From Betaproteobacteria bacterium (GTDB lineage: Bacteria > Pseudomonadota > Gammaproteobacteria > Burkholderiales > SG8-41): a DNA stretch of 51,574 bases. Made by a program: the position numbers and the translations under genes. The notes under the pieces are model-generated. The model was not told the origin of the DNA. It ran no database searches and saw only the letters and a list, made by a program, of their open reading frames with translations. The stretch is from NCBI GenBank assembly GCA_025353085.1, contig JANXRI010000212.1, positions 1 through 51,574 of the forward strand. The letters are read 5' to 3'. Shown piece after piece: positions 39,199 through 47,727 of the stretch (positions are counted from its first letter, which is position 1; every line of letters begins with the position of its first letter).

Positions 39199-39651
39199 AT
39201 GATGCGAGAAATTGTGGGCGTAGTGCAAGGAGAGCCGGTAAGCCGTCGCCGGTGGTTTCACGACGAATATTTCGATTTGTTCGTGTGGCAAGACAGCGCC
39301 GATGAGATCGAGTCGTTCCAGCTGTGTTACGGCATCGATACAAGCGAACGCGCGCTGGAGTGGCGCAAGAACCGGGGATTTTTTCATGACGGCGCAAAAG
39401 CCGGGCCGCCTGTTCCGGATGGCATACTCGATGCGCGCGATGCGGCCGCTGGCGATAAGACGGCGCAGACAATCAGCTCGCGCTTCGAGTTTGCGGCCCG
39501 TTCGCTTCCGGAAGAAATCCGAACCGCGGTGACGTTGAGAATTCGTGAATATGCAGAAAATGCGCCGTCAGTTCCAATGCGTCGCCGCCAGGTGCGCCGG
39601 GCGACGTGGCAACAACGAGGGCCGGAACCTTCCGGACGCGAGCCGCATTGA
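39199..39651 (+). CDS. Hypothetical protein (150 aa), no family recognised
   Basis: Ordinary globular composition (MMREIVGVVQGEPVSRRRWFHDEYFDLFVWQDSADEIESFQLCYGIDTSERALEW...) with an R-rich tail. The start is placed at ATG 39199; the track start at 39073 is less likely. Confidence 0.5.
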   Translation: MMREIVGVVQGEPVSRRRWFHDEYFDLFVWQDSADEIESFQLCYGIDTSERALEWRKNRGFFHDGAKAGPPVPDGILDARDAAAGDKTAQTISSRFEFAARSLPEEIRTAVTLRIREYAENAPSVPMRRRQVRRATWQQRGPEPSGREPH

Positions 39652-39672
39652 GGGTTGCGCCGCGCTGACGCC

Positions 39673-39972
39673 TTAGTCAGGAAGCGCTAGACTTTTTTTG
39701 TCTGTCTTCCCGTCGACGATGGTGCGCTGACTTTTTGGTTCGACCCAAAAAGAGCCTTCAATTACACCGCCATTGCGTCGGACGCGCAACTTCCTCGTCA
39801 GCCACCACAGTCGGCCGAATATAACAGTGCCCATCAGTGCGCCAACGACCAACGCGAATACCAGAAAAAACACTCCCATGACTACAACAGTTGCAATGAT
39901 TAGTATCGCAATCAGGCGACTTAGCCGTGACGATAAAAAAATGCTCTGCAGAAACCGGCTCTGAAAATTCAT
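39673..39972 (-). CDS. Hypothetical small membrane protein (99 aa, two predicted TM helices)
   Basis: MNFQSRFLQSIFLSSRLSRLIAILIIATVVVMGVFFLVFALVVGALMGTVIFGRLWWL..., followed by a basic loop and a soluble tail. It lies downstream of the rne terminator. Confidence 0.4.
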   Translation of the reverse strand: MNFQSRFLQSIFLSSRLSRLIAILIIATVVVMGVFFLVFALVVGALMGTVIFGRLWWLTRKLRVRRNGGVIEGSFWVEPKSQRTIVDGKTDKKSLALPD

Positions 39973-40149
39973 AAGTGAACATTGGATTGATACGCGAGGG
40001 CGAAGTTCATCGTGACAGCTCTGCTTCGCTCCGCGACGTGCCAGACCCCGTAGTACGGTGGACCGCGCGGCTCCGAGCAGGTGCGCGATATGATAGATGC
40101 AGTGACCGAGATCCTGGCCGAGCGTTTGCGGCAAGCTCGACGCGTCTGA

Positions 40150-40179
40150 AAAAATGCCGGGGGATTCCCCGGCATTTTT
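40150..40179 (-). terminator. Rho-independent (bidirectional-looking) terminator immediately after the rne stop
   Basis: AAAAAT-GCCGGGG-GATT-CCCCGGC-ATTTTT. The 7-bp GC stem is flanked by an A-run and a T-run, and on the minus strand it is followed by TTTTTT. It starts 3 nt after the rne TAA. Confidence 0.8.
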
Positions 40180-40182
40180 AGG

Positions 40183-42840
40183 TTACTTCCTTGTTTCCAC
40201 CTGTTCCAGCGGCGCGTTGCTCATAGAGGGCGGAGGCGGCCGCAAGCGCGGGGCCCGCGATGCAGGCACAGCATCGACTTTGGTTGCCGCTACGCGCACT
40301 TTTTCGGCGCTGGTCTCGACCTGCTCCAAGTCGGCCGGTAGCATCAATGGGGCATGCGCGAGCGACACTGCAGGCGCGATCACCGCGACCTCGGCAGCGA
40401 CGTGTTCGACGACACGTTCGGCAACGGGTTGTGGGCGCGGATCATGTAGTAACGCAACTTCTTTAACCGCGGCGGCCTGCGGCATCTCGAACGGCGCAAG
40501 TGGCGCTGACACTTGCGGCACGTCCGGCTGATGCGTCAGCGATGACTCGGCTTCCATCAGCGGTGCAACAACTGTGGCAATGGTTGAATCAGAACCATTG
40601 TTGGCTACGGCTGCTATCGGCTGCACGCCCTCGGCATTAGCTGGCGCCTCGTGTCGCTCGGCCCGATCACGGCCTCCACGGCCACCGCGGCGGCGGCGAC
40701 GCCCGCCTTCATGACCTTCGCGTGCTTCGCCTTCAGTACGAGGTGTCTGTTCACGCGCGGACACCGAAGCATCTCCCGCCTCCGCTGGCGTCTGCTCAGG
40801 CCGTTCGGGACGCGGCTGACGCGGTTGCTGACCTTCGCGGCGCGGTTGCTGCTCTTGGCCATCGCGCGGCGGTCGCGGCTCGCGCGGTTCACGCGGCGGT
40901 CGCGGCTCACCGGTACGGCCGCGCTGCTGTTGACGCTGAGCGCCTTCTGAATTCGTTTCGCTGCGTCCTGCCTGCGTGGGGCGCTCGCCACGCGGCTCGT
41001 CGCGTTTTTGATCGCGGCGCTGGCCGTTAGGGCGCCCCCGGCGCTGACCGCGTTCTCCGCGATCACCCCGGTCGGTACGCTCACGCGTGACAGCCTGTGG
41101 TTTCAGCTCTGTCGCTTCGGCAGCTGGTCGTTTGAACCAGCCAAAAATTTTGCTGATTATGGAAACTTCCGCCTGGGAACCGGCGGTGACCGGCGTCGCT
41201 TTGGGCGTGTGGTCAACGATCGGCGCCGGTTGCGACGGGGTTATACCTTTTACTGCAGCTTCCGGGCGCGGCGGCGCAGGTTCGGTCTGCGCGGACGGCA
41301 ACAGACCGTCGTTCTTCTCGGGCACCGCCACCATCTCATAGCTCGGCGGCGGCAGGTCGGCCTGATTCAGTTCTTCATGCTTGAGGCGCGTGACCGTATA
41401 GTTTGGCGTCTCGAGATGAATGTTTGGAATCAACACGACGTTGACCTTGAGGCGCTGCTCAATCGAGTGAAACTCGGCGCGTTTTTCGTTCAACAGGTAA
41501 GTTGCGACATCAACGGGCACCTGCGCGTGCACGGCGCCTGTATTTTCCTTCATCGCTTCTTCCTGCAGGATGCGCAGGATATGCAGTGCGGTGGATTCGA
41601 TGCCACGGATATGACCCGTGCCATGGCAACGCGGGCAGGGGATATGGCTGCTCTCGGCCAACGCCGGACGCAGACGCTGACGTGAGAGTTCGAGCAGGCC
41701 GAAGCGCGAAATCTTGCCGGTTTGAACGCGCGCGCGATCGACGTGCAGAGCATCGCGCAGGCGATTTTCAACTTCGCGCTGATTGCGTCCGCTTTCCATG
41801 TCGATAAAGTCGATGACGATCAATCCGCCGAGGTCGCGCAAGCGCAACTGGCGCGCGAGTTCGTCCGCGGCTTCCAGGTTTGTGCGAAACGCAGTCTCTT
41901 CGATGTCAGCGCCGCGCGTCGAGCGCGCGGAGTTGACGTCGATCGACACTAACGCTTCGGTATGGTCGATGACGATCGCGCCGCCGGAAGGCAGCGTGAC
42001 CTGGCGCGAAAACGCAGTTTCGATCTGGTGCTCGATCTGAAAACGCGAAAAGAGCGGCACGTCGTCTTTGTAAAGTTTGACGCGGTTCACGTTCGCGGGC
42101 ATCACGTGGCCCATGAAGGCGCGCGCCTGCTCGTAGATGTCTTCGGTATCGATCAATATCTCGCCGATGTCCTGGGAGAAATGATCGCGAATCGCACGGA
42201 TCACGAGGCTCGATTCCTGGTAAATCAGAAATGCGCCGTTCTGACCGGTCGAAGCGTTTTCGATTTCGCGCCACAGTTGGAGCAGGTAGTTCAAATCCCA
42301 GCCGAGTTCCTCTGCATTGCGGCCGATGCCGGCGGTGCGCGCGATCACGCTCATGCCGGCAGGCACTTCCAATTGGTCGATGGTTTCGCGCAGTTCGGCG
42401 CGCTCTTCGCCTTCGATGCGGCGCGATACACCGCCGCCGCGTGGATTGTTCGGCATCAGCACCAGATAACGGCCAGCGAGGCTGATGAAGGTGGTGAGGG
42501 CGGCGCCCTTGGTGCCGCGTTCGTCCTTATCGACCTGGACGATGAGTTCCTGGCCTTCATGCAGCGCATCCTGAATGCGCGCACGCGCGGCGTCTACGCC
42601 GGACTTGAAGTAAGCTCGGGCAACCTCTTTGAAGGGGAGAAAACCGTGGCGTTCACTGCCGTAATCCACAAAGGCCGCTTCGAGGCTGGGCTCGACGCGT
42701 GTGATGACACCTTTGTAAATATTGCTTTTACGCTGCTCTTTGCCGGCGGACTCGATGTCCAGATCGAGCAGTTTTTGACCATCTACTATGGCGACGCGAA
42801 GTTCTTCGGACTGCGTCGCATTAAACAACATGCGTTTCAT
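40183..42840 (-). CDS. rne: Ribonuclease E
   Basis: [31 protein letters not shown]-terminus, S1 domain ([22 protein letters not shown]) and Zn-link [13 protein letters not shown] long Arg/Pro/Glu-rich C-terminal scaffold follows. GGGAGAAG lies upstream of the ATG. Confidence 0.96.
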   Translation of the reverse strand: MKRMLFNATQSEELRVAIVDGQKLLDLDIESAGKEQRKSNIYKGVITRVEPSLEAAFVDYGSERHGFLPFKEVARAYFKSGVDAARARIQDALHEGQELIVQVDKDERGTKGAALTTFISLAGRYLVLMPNNPRGGGVSRRIEGEERAELRETIDQLEVPAGMSVIARTAGIGRNAEELGWDLNYLLQLWREIENASTGQNGAFLIYQESSLVIRAIRDHFSQDIGEILIDTEDIYEQARAFMGHVMPANVNRVKLYKDDVPLFSRFQIEHQIETAFSRQVTLPSGGAIVIDHTEALVSIDVNSARSTRGADIEETAFRTNLEAADELARQLRLRDLGGLIVIDFIDMESGRNQREVENRLRDALHVDRARVQTGKISRFGLLELSRQRLRPALAESSHIPCPRCHGTGHIRGIESTALHILRILQEEAMKENTGAVHAQVPVDVATYLLNEKRAEFHSIEQRLKVNVVLIPNIHLETPNYTVTRLKHEELNQADLPPPSYEMVAVPEKNDGLLPSAQTEPAPPRPEAAVKGITPSQPAPIVDHTPKATPVTAGSQAEVSIISKIFGWFKRPAAEATELKPQAVTRERTDRGDRGERGQRRGRPNGQRRDQKRDEPRGERPTQAGRSETNSEGAQRQQQRGRTGEPRPPREPREPRPPRDGQEQQPRREGQQPRQPRPERPEQTPAEAGDASVSAREQTPRTEGEAREGHEGGRRRRRGGRGGRDRAERHEAPANAEGVQPIAAVANNGSDSTIATVVAPLMEAESSLTHQPDVPQVSAPLAPFEMPQAAAVKEVALLHDPRPQPVAERVVEHVAAEVAVIAPAVSLAHAPLMLPADLEQVETSAEKVRVAATKVDAVPASRAPRLRPPPPSMSNAPLEQVETRK
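40865..40908 (-). repeat. Two copies of a 17-nt unit (cgcggcggtcgcggctc) 27 nt apart inside the rne scaffold region
   Basis: Copies lie at 40865-40881 and 40892-40908. They encode the reiterated [14 protein letters not shown] segment. Confidence 0.6.
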
Positions 42841-43331
42841 TTTTTTCTTCTCCCGCGCTCAGTGTCACGGGATGGGCAAACTCACGCGCGGAAATTTTCA
42901 TCGCGCCGCGCGCTAATGCTTGATCATTCAGTCACGAAAAATGTTCATCTATGTGGGTGACTACGTAAAAATGACTTTCGCTGTTTGCCGTCAAAATTCG
43001 TCAGTGAGCAGCGGAAAACTTGGGCTTTCGGTGCATCGCACCGCGGTCGCCATCGCTGCGTCAACAAAGGTTTTCGTGTGCTGTGAGCGCGTATTTCGAC
43101 TACCATCGCTACTTTATTTGGTGAGCGACATTAACCATTGGGTTTCGGCACCGGTTATCTCACCAACGGGCAACGTCTCCCGCGCTTCGATTCACTGTAC
43201 CTGGACAGAGACTGCATGGCGCTGGGCCATTCCACCCGGCGTTACCTGCGGCAACCGCCGCGGTGAACCGCCTGAGGCTTGAGGACAACACAGTCCTTAA
43301 AGTCTTCTTACCGGCGAATAGTATAAGCACA
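42841..43331 (-). promoter_or_regulatory. 491-nt rne/rluC divergent region; probable long rne 5' leader plus both promoters
   Basis: This is the largest non-coding gap between core genes in the window. It is visibly less GC-rich than the flanks and contains small hairpins such as GGTGC-ATC-GCACC near 43031. A long autoregulatory rne leader is established for E. coli. Confidence 0.4.
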
Positions 43332-44270
43332 ATGAAGGATTTGGGCAAAAATACGGTTTCGCGTCGCCTGGTCGGGGAAGAAACGGGCGGACAGCGCATC
43401 GATAATTACCTCGTAAAGCTGCTTAAAGGCGTGCCGAAAAGCCATATTTACCGGATCCTGCGCAGCGGCGAAGTGCGGGTCAACGGCGGTCGCGCCAAAC
43501 CGGACTATCGCATCAAGACCGGCGATGAAGTACGGATACCGCCGGTGCGTGTGGCGGCGGCCAGTGTCCGGGCCGCGCTGCCGGTCAGCGCCGAACTTGA
43601 GCGCGCGGTGCTGTTTGAGGACGAGCACATCCTGGTGCTCAACAAGCCGTCCGGGCTGGCAGTGCATGGCGGCAGCGGCTTGAGCTTCGGCGTAATCGAG
43701 CAACTGCGGGGCCAGCGTCCACAAGCGCGATTCCTTGAACTCGTGCACCGGCTCGATCGCGACACGTCGGGCGTGCTGTTGATCGCCAAAAAACGCAGCG
43801 CATTGACCGCCATGCATGCCGAATTGCGCGATGGGAATTTCAAAAAATTCTATCTGGCGCTTGTCAAAGGCGTGTGGCGCAACAAGAAGCAGGCCGTCCG
43901 ACTCAATCTGCACAAATATTTGCTGGCGTCAGGGGAACGGCGGGTCGCGGTCCACGACGACGGGCAGGAATCGCATACTGTGTTTGAACTGAAACAAGCG
44001 TGGGGCGCCTATAGTTTATTGCGCGCTGAACTGAAAACCGGGCGCACGCATCAGATCCGCGTGCACCTGGCGCACTTGGGCTTCCCCATTGCAGGCGACG
44101 ACAAATATGGCGATTTCGATCTCAATAAAGAACTCGCGCGCAATGGCTTAAAGCGCATGTTCCTGCATGCTGCGAGCGTCGGCTTCAAACATCCAGCGAG
44201 CGGCGCTAAACTGGTCATCGAAGCGCCGGTGCCCGTCGAATTGCAACGTTTTCTGGAAAAACTGGACTAA
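43332..44270 (+). CDS. rluC: 23S rRNA pseudouridine synthase RluC
   Basis: S4 domain (GQRIDNYLVKLLKGVPKSHIYRILRSGEVRVNG) and catalytic HRLDRDTSGVLLIAK. It is divergent from rne, as in E. coli. The start is placed at ATG 43332. Confidence 0.93.
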   Translation: MKDLGKNTVSRRLVGEETGGQRIDNYLVKLLKGVPKSHIYRILRSGEVRVNGGRAKPDYRIKTGDEVRIPPVRVAAASVRAALPVSAELERAVLFEDEHILVLNKPSGLAVHGGSGLSFGVIEQLRGQRPQARFLELVHRLDRDTSGVLLIAKKRSALTAMHAELRDGNFKKFYLALVKGVWRNKKQAVRLNLHKYLLASGERRVAVHDDGQESHTVFELKQAWGAYSLLRAELKTGRTHQIRVHLAHLGFPIAGDDKYGDFDLNKELARNGLKRMFLHAASVGFKHPASGAKLVIEAPVPVELQRFLEKLD

Positions 44271-44275
44271 ACGGC

Positions 44276-44932
44276 GTGGGCAAACGCTTTGAACTGGTGG
44301 TATTCGATTGGGACGGCACTTTGATGGACTCGACCGCAGTCATCGTCGCGTCGCTGCAAGCTGCTTGCGCGGACGTTGGACTGCCGGTGCCGTCGGACGA
44401 GCGTTCGCAGCACATCATCGGCCTTGGGCTCAATGACGCGCTGGCCTATGTGCTGCCCGGCGTCAATCCGGACGTGTATCCGCAAGTCGTCGAACGCTAT
44501 GGTTATCATTTCCGGTTGCGCGATCCGCAAACGCCGCTGTTTGCGGGTGCGGAAGCACTGTTGCATGAACTGCATGCGGCTGGCCATCGACTTGCGATTG
44601 CGACAGGTAAGAGCCGGCGCGGTCTCGATAGAGCTCTCGAGAAAACCGGTCTTGCCCCGTACTTTCATGCGACGCGATGTGGTGAGGAGTCGGCAAACAA
44701 GCCAGCGCCTCACATGCTGCTCGATCTGACCAGCATGCTTGAAATGGCGCCTGGCGAAACGGTGATGATAGGCGACACGACGCACGATTTGCAGATGGCG
44801 GCCAACGCCGGAATCGACAGCGTTGCGGTAGCCTACGGTGCACACCCGCGCGGCCAGCTTCTTGAATTGCATCCGCTCGCCTGCCTCGACCAACCACGGG
44901 ATTTATGGCAATGGCTCCGCACCAACGCCTGA
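44276..44932 (+). CDS. HAD-superfamily hydrolase (phosphoglycolate phosphatase-like)
   Basis: Motif I VVFDWDGTLMDS, with a later GDTTHDLQMAANAG (motif IV-like). The start is a GTG. Confidence 0.85.
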   Translation: MGKRFELVVFDWDGTLMDSTAVIVASLQAACADVGLPVPSDERSQHIIGLGLNDALAYVLPGVNPDVYPQVVERYGYHFRLRDPQTPLFAGAEALLHELHAAGHRLAIATGKSRRGLDRALEKTGLAPYFHATRCGEESANKPAPHMLLDLTSMLEMAPGETVMIGDTTHDLQMAANAGIDSVAVAYGAHPRGQLLELHPLACLDQPRDLWQWLRTNA

Positions 44933-45267
44933 TTTGCGCAAGCGCCGGACTGATCGACGGCGGCGCCGGTGTGCGCTTCATAACGCAAAGGGACGGCCGG
45001 GATGCCGCAGCATTCGTGATTCGATATGACGGGAAGGTTTACGGCTACCTCAACAGTTGCGCGCACATTCCGGTCGAACTCGACTGGATGGAGGGCGAGT
45101 TCTTCGATAAAGCTGGGTTATACTTGATCTGCGCAACGCATGGCGCAACTTACGAGCCCGATACCGGTCATTGCATTATGGGACCGTGCAAAGGTGAACG
45201 ACTCGTAGCGGCGCCCATCGAGGAACGCGACGGCAGCGTTTATTTGCTGGAGCGCCACACAGCGTGA
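44905..45267 (+). CDS. Rieske [2Fe-2S] domain protein
   Basis: C-x-H (NSCAHIP) and C-x-x-H (ICATHGATY) ligand boxes. Length is 120 aa. It overlaps the HAD gene by 28 nt. Confidence 0.8.
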   Translation: MAMAPHQRLICASAGLIDGGAGVRFITQRDGRDAAAFVIRYDGKVYGYLNSCAHIPVELDWMEGEFFDKAGLYLICATHGATYEPDTGHCIMGPCKGERLVAAPIEERDGSVYLLERHTA

Positions 45268-45342
45268 GGGAGAGTCTTCGCGCACCTTTGGAACATCGCT
45301 CTCCACAATTTTCATTACCCGCCTTTTAGAAAGAAAATCGCA

Positions 45343-46305
45343 ATGGCTGATTTAGATCCGCGCAATACCGGGGACGGCTGGGAGCGCAATGTCCTTGAAA
45401 AGGTTGCGCTCGCGGCCGTCGCGGAACAGCGCGCTGCGCGCCGCTGGGGCATGGCGTTTAAGACGCTGGTCTTGATTTACTTGTTTGTCGTGCTGTTTCT
45501 GGGCATGGGATGGCTAAAAAAAGGCGGCGAAAAATCATCCGGCAAGCACACTGCCATGGTCGAACTGCGTGGCGTCATTGCCTCTGAAGGCCAGGCCAGT
45601 GCCGATAATGTGATGACCGGCTTGCAGGCCGCGTTCAAAGACAGCAACACGCAGGGCGTCGTTCTGCGCATCAACAGTCCAGGCGGGAGTCCGGTGCAAG
45701 CAGGCTATATCAACGACGAAATCAAGCGCCTGCGAGGCTTGTATCCGAACATCCCGTTATATGCGGTAGTTGAGGACATCTGCGCCTCCGGCGGCTACTA
45801 CGTGGCGGCGGCCGCCGACAAGATTTATGTCGACAAGGCAAGCATCGTTGGTTCGATCGGCGTGGTCATGGACGGCTTCGGCTTCACCGGCACGATGGAA
45901 AAGCTGGGCGTCGAGCGGCGCGCGATTACCGCGGGCGCGAACAAAAAATTTCTGGATCCATTTTCACCGGTGAACCCCGCCCACAAGGCGTTTGCGGAAA
46001 AGATGCTTTCTGAAATCCACGAACAATTCATCGCCGTCGTGCGCGAGGGACGTGGCAAGCGCCTGAAAGAAACGCCGGAACTTTTTAGCGGGCTGGTATG
46101 GGTCGGACCCAAAAGTATCGAACTCGGATTAGCCGACGCCCTCGGCAGTGTCGACTCGGTAGCGCGCGATGTGATCAAGGCGGAAGACGTCGTCGACTTC
46201 ACGCCGCACGAAAACATAGCTGAAAGAGTCGCGCGAAGATTCGGCGCGGCAATGGCTGAAGCGCTGGTAAAAGTGACGGCGTCGAGCGGCGCGCAATTGC
46301 GCTGA
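45343..46305 (+). CDS. sppA: Signal peptide peptidase SppA, 36K type (S49)
   Basis: N-terminal TM segment and S49 core ASGGYYVAAAADKIY...GSIGV. Length is 320 aa. Confidence 0.9.
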   Translation: MADLDPRNTGDGWERNVLEKVALAAVAEQRAARRWGMAFKTLVLIYLFVVLFLGMGWLKKGGEKSSGKHTAMVELRGVIASEGQASADNVMTGLQAAFKDSNTQGVVLRINSPGGSPVQAGYINDEIKRLRGLYPNIPLYAVVEDICASGGYYVAAAADKIYVDKASIVGSIGVVMDGFGFTGTMEKLGVERRAITAGANKKFLDPFSPVNPAHKAFAEKMLSEIHEQFIAVVREGRGKRLKETPELFSGLVWVGPKSIELGLADALGSVDSVARDVIKAEDVVDFTPHENIAERVARRFGAAMAEALVKVTASSGAQLR

Positions 46306-47067
46306 TCAACTTGCGTAAAGGAGGAACACGCTTGGCCGCCGGCCGATTTCTCCACAGTTGGCTTTCCATTCCGTAATGGTCGCGCTACGCACAGATTCGG
46401 TTGCGAGCGTTAAGTCGCTCGCGACACACAGCCGGGAAGTTCCCGCACACGTGCCAAGAAAAGTCTGCAGCAACTGATCGTTGCGGTAAGGCGTTTCTAT
46501 AAATATCTGCGTCATGCCCTGTGCACGCGATTCGTTTTCACGCAAGACTATCGCGCGGCGACACTCATCTCTCGGCACCGGCAGATAGCCATGAAATGCA
46601 AAGCGCTGGCCGTTGAATCCCGACGCCATCAACGCGAGCATCATCGCGGATGGCCCGATATGCGGCACGACGCGAATATGCATGCGATGCGCGGCGGCGA
46701 CCAGCAGTGCACCCGGATCCGCAATCGCCGGACAGCCTGCCTCGGACAAGACGCCGGCACTGCGTCCGGCCGTGAGGGCCTGCAACAGTTCGGTGGCGCG
46801 CTCAGGACTGCTGTCCTTGTCGAAGGATTCGATTTGCAGTTCGCGCAGGGCTTTGGGATGCCCGATGCTTTTTAAGAATTGCCGTGCAGTCTTGGCGTTT
46901 TCCGCCAGGAAATAGTCGAGCGCGCGTGCCGCGTGCAAGGCGGAATGCGCTAACGAAAGATGCGGGTCGGTGTCGCCCAGGGTTACCGGTATCAGATGTA
47001 ATGTTCCGTGCGCTGTGCTCGCGTCCATGTCCATGTCCGTGTAATTAAGGCAGCTGAATGCCTTCAT
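46306..47067 (-). CDS. RsmI-like / tetrapyrrole-methylase-fold SAM-dependent methyltransferase
   Basis: Blocks LHLIPVTLGD, SEAGCPAIADPG and VPHIGPSAMMLALMASGFNGQRFAFHGYLP. Possible starts are 47067 (overlapping maf by 23 nt), 47034 or 47028. Confidence 0.8.
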   Translation of the reverse strand: MKAFSCLNYTDMDMDASTAHGTLHLIPVTLGDTDPHLSLAHSALHAARALDYFLAENAKTARQFLKSIGHPKALRELQIESFDKDSSPERATELLQALTAGRSAGVLSEAGCPAIADPGALLVAAAHRMHIRVVPHIGPSAMMLALMASGFNGQRFAFHGYLPVPRDECRRAIVLRENESRAQGMTQIFIETPYRNDQLLQTFLGTCAGTSRLCVASDLTLATESVRSATITEWKANCGEIGRRPSVFLLYAS

Positions 47068-47638
47068 TGCGCAGCATCTTGCATAACGCGATAAGCGGCA
47101 GCCCGATCAATGCAGTGGGATCGTCACCGTCCAGCTTTTCCACCAGCGCAATACCGAGGCCCTCGATGCGTGCGCTGCCGGCGCAGTCGTAGGGCGTTTC
47201 GCTTAGAACGTAGCGCTCTATCTGCTCGTCCGAATATTCGCGCATGTGAACGGTGATGGTGACCAGCGCCGTCTGCTGGAGCGCGGTACGCGTATTGAGC
47301 ACGCACACTGCGGTATGAAATTGAACCCGCTCGCCGCGCATCTGCTTGAGCTGGCTGGCGGAATTGTCAAAATTGCCCGGCTTACCGAGGACGGTGTTCC
47401 CGACGACTGCGACCTGATCGCTGCCGATGATCAGCGCATCGGGCCATGCGTAGCGAACGGTCTCAGCTTTACTGCATGCCAGGCGTAATGCGAGGGGCGC
47501 CGGTTCTTCATCCGCGAGCGGCGCTTCATCGACATTGGGTGAGGCGATTGCAAACGGAATTTTCAATCGCGCCAGCAGCTCGCGGCGATACGGGGAAGTC
47601 GAAGCCAGCACAAGAACGGCGGGGGCGGGGTGAGCCAT
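47045..47638 (-). CDS. maf: Maf-family nucleoside triphosphate pyrophosphatase (YceF-type position)
   Basis: Motifs LVLASTSPYRRELL and ALIIGSDQV. Length is 197 aa. It is divergent from yceD-rpmF-plsX, as in E. coli. Confidence 0.9.
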   Translation of the reverse strand: MAHPAPAVLVLASTSPYRRELLARLKIPFAIASPNVDEAPLADEEPAPLALRLACSKAETVRYAWPDALIIGSDQVAVVGNTVLGKPGNFDNSASQLKQMRGERVQFHTAVCVLNTRTALQQTALVTITVHMREYSDEQIERYVLSETPYDCAGSARIEGLGIALVEKLDGDDPTALIGLPLIALCKMLRNEGIQLP

Positions 47639-47689
47639 CGGGTTCGTTTGCTAAGTCCCTGCGTTAAATGGATTTTCTGTTATCTTGTT

Positions 47690-47718
47690 TTGACAGATCG
47701 GCGCGAAAATATTATCAT
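47690..47718 (+). promoter_or_regulatory. Near-consensus sigma70 promoter TTGACA-17 nt-TATCAT upstream of yceD
   Basis: -35 TTGACA at 47690-47695 and -10 TATCAT at 47713-47718. The -10 element ends only 9 nt before the yceD ATG at 47728. Confidence 0.55.
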
Positions 47719-47727
47719 GCGCGGTTT

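Noticed and set aside
40600-41110. Short reiterated GC-rich units, considered as a possible CRISPR-like or tandem-repeat array.
   Set aside because: The units lie inside the continuous rne reading frame. They have no unique spacers of regular length and simply encode the Arg/Pro-rich scaffold.
42920-43282. 120-aa ORF inside the rne-rluC spacer.
   Set aside because: It has no ribosome-binding site, odd composition, and lies in the region best explained as the rne leader and promoters.
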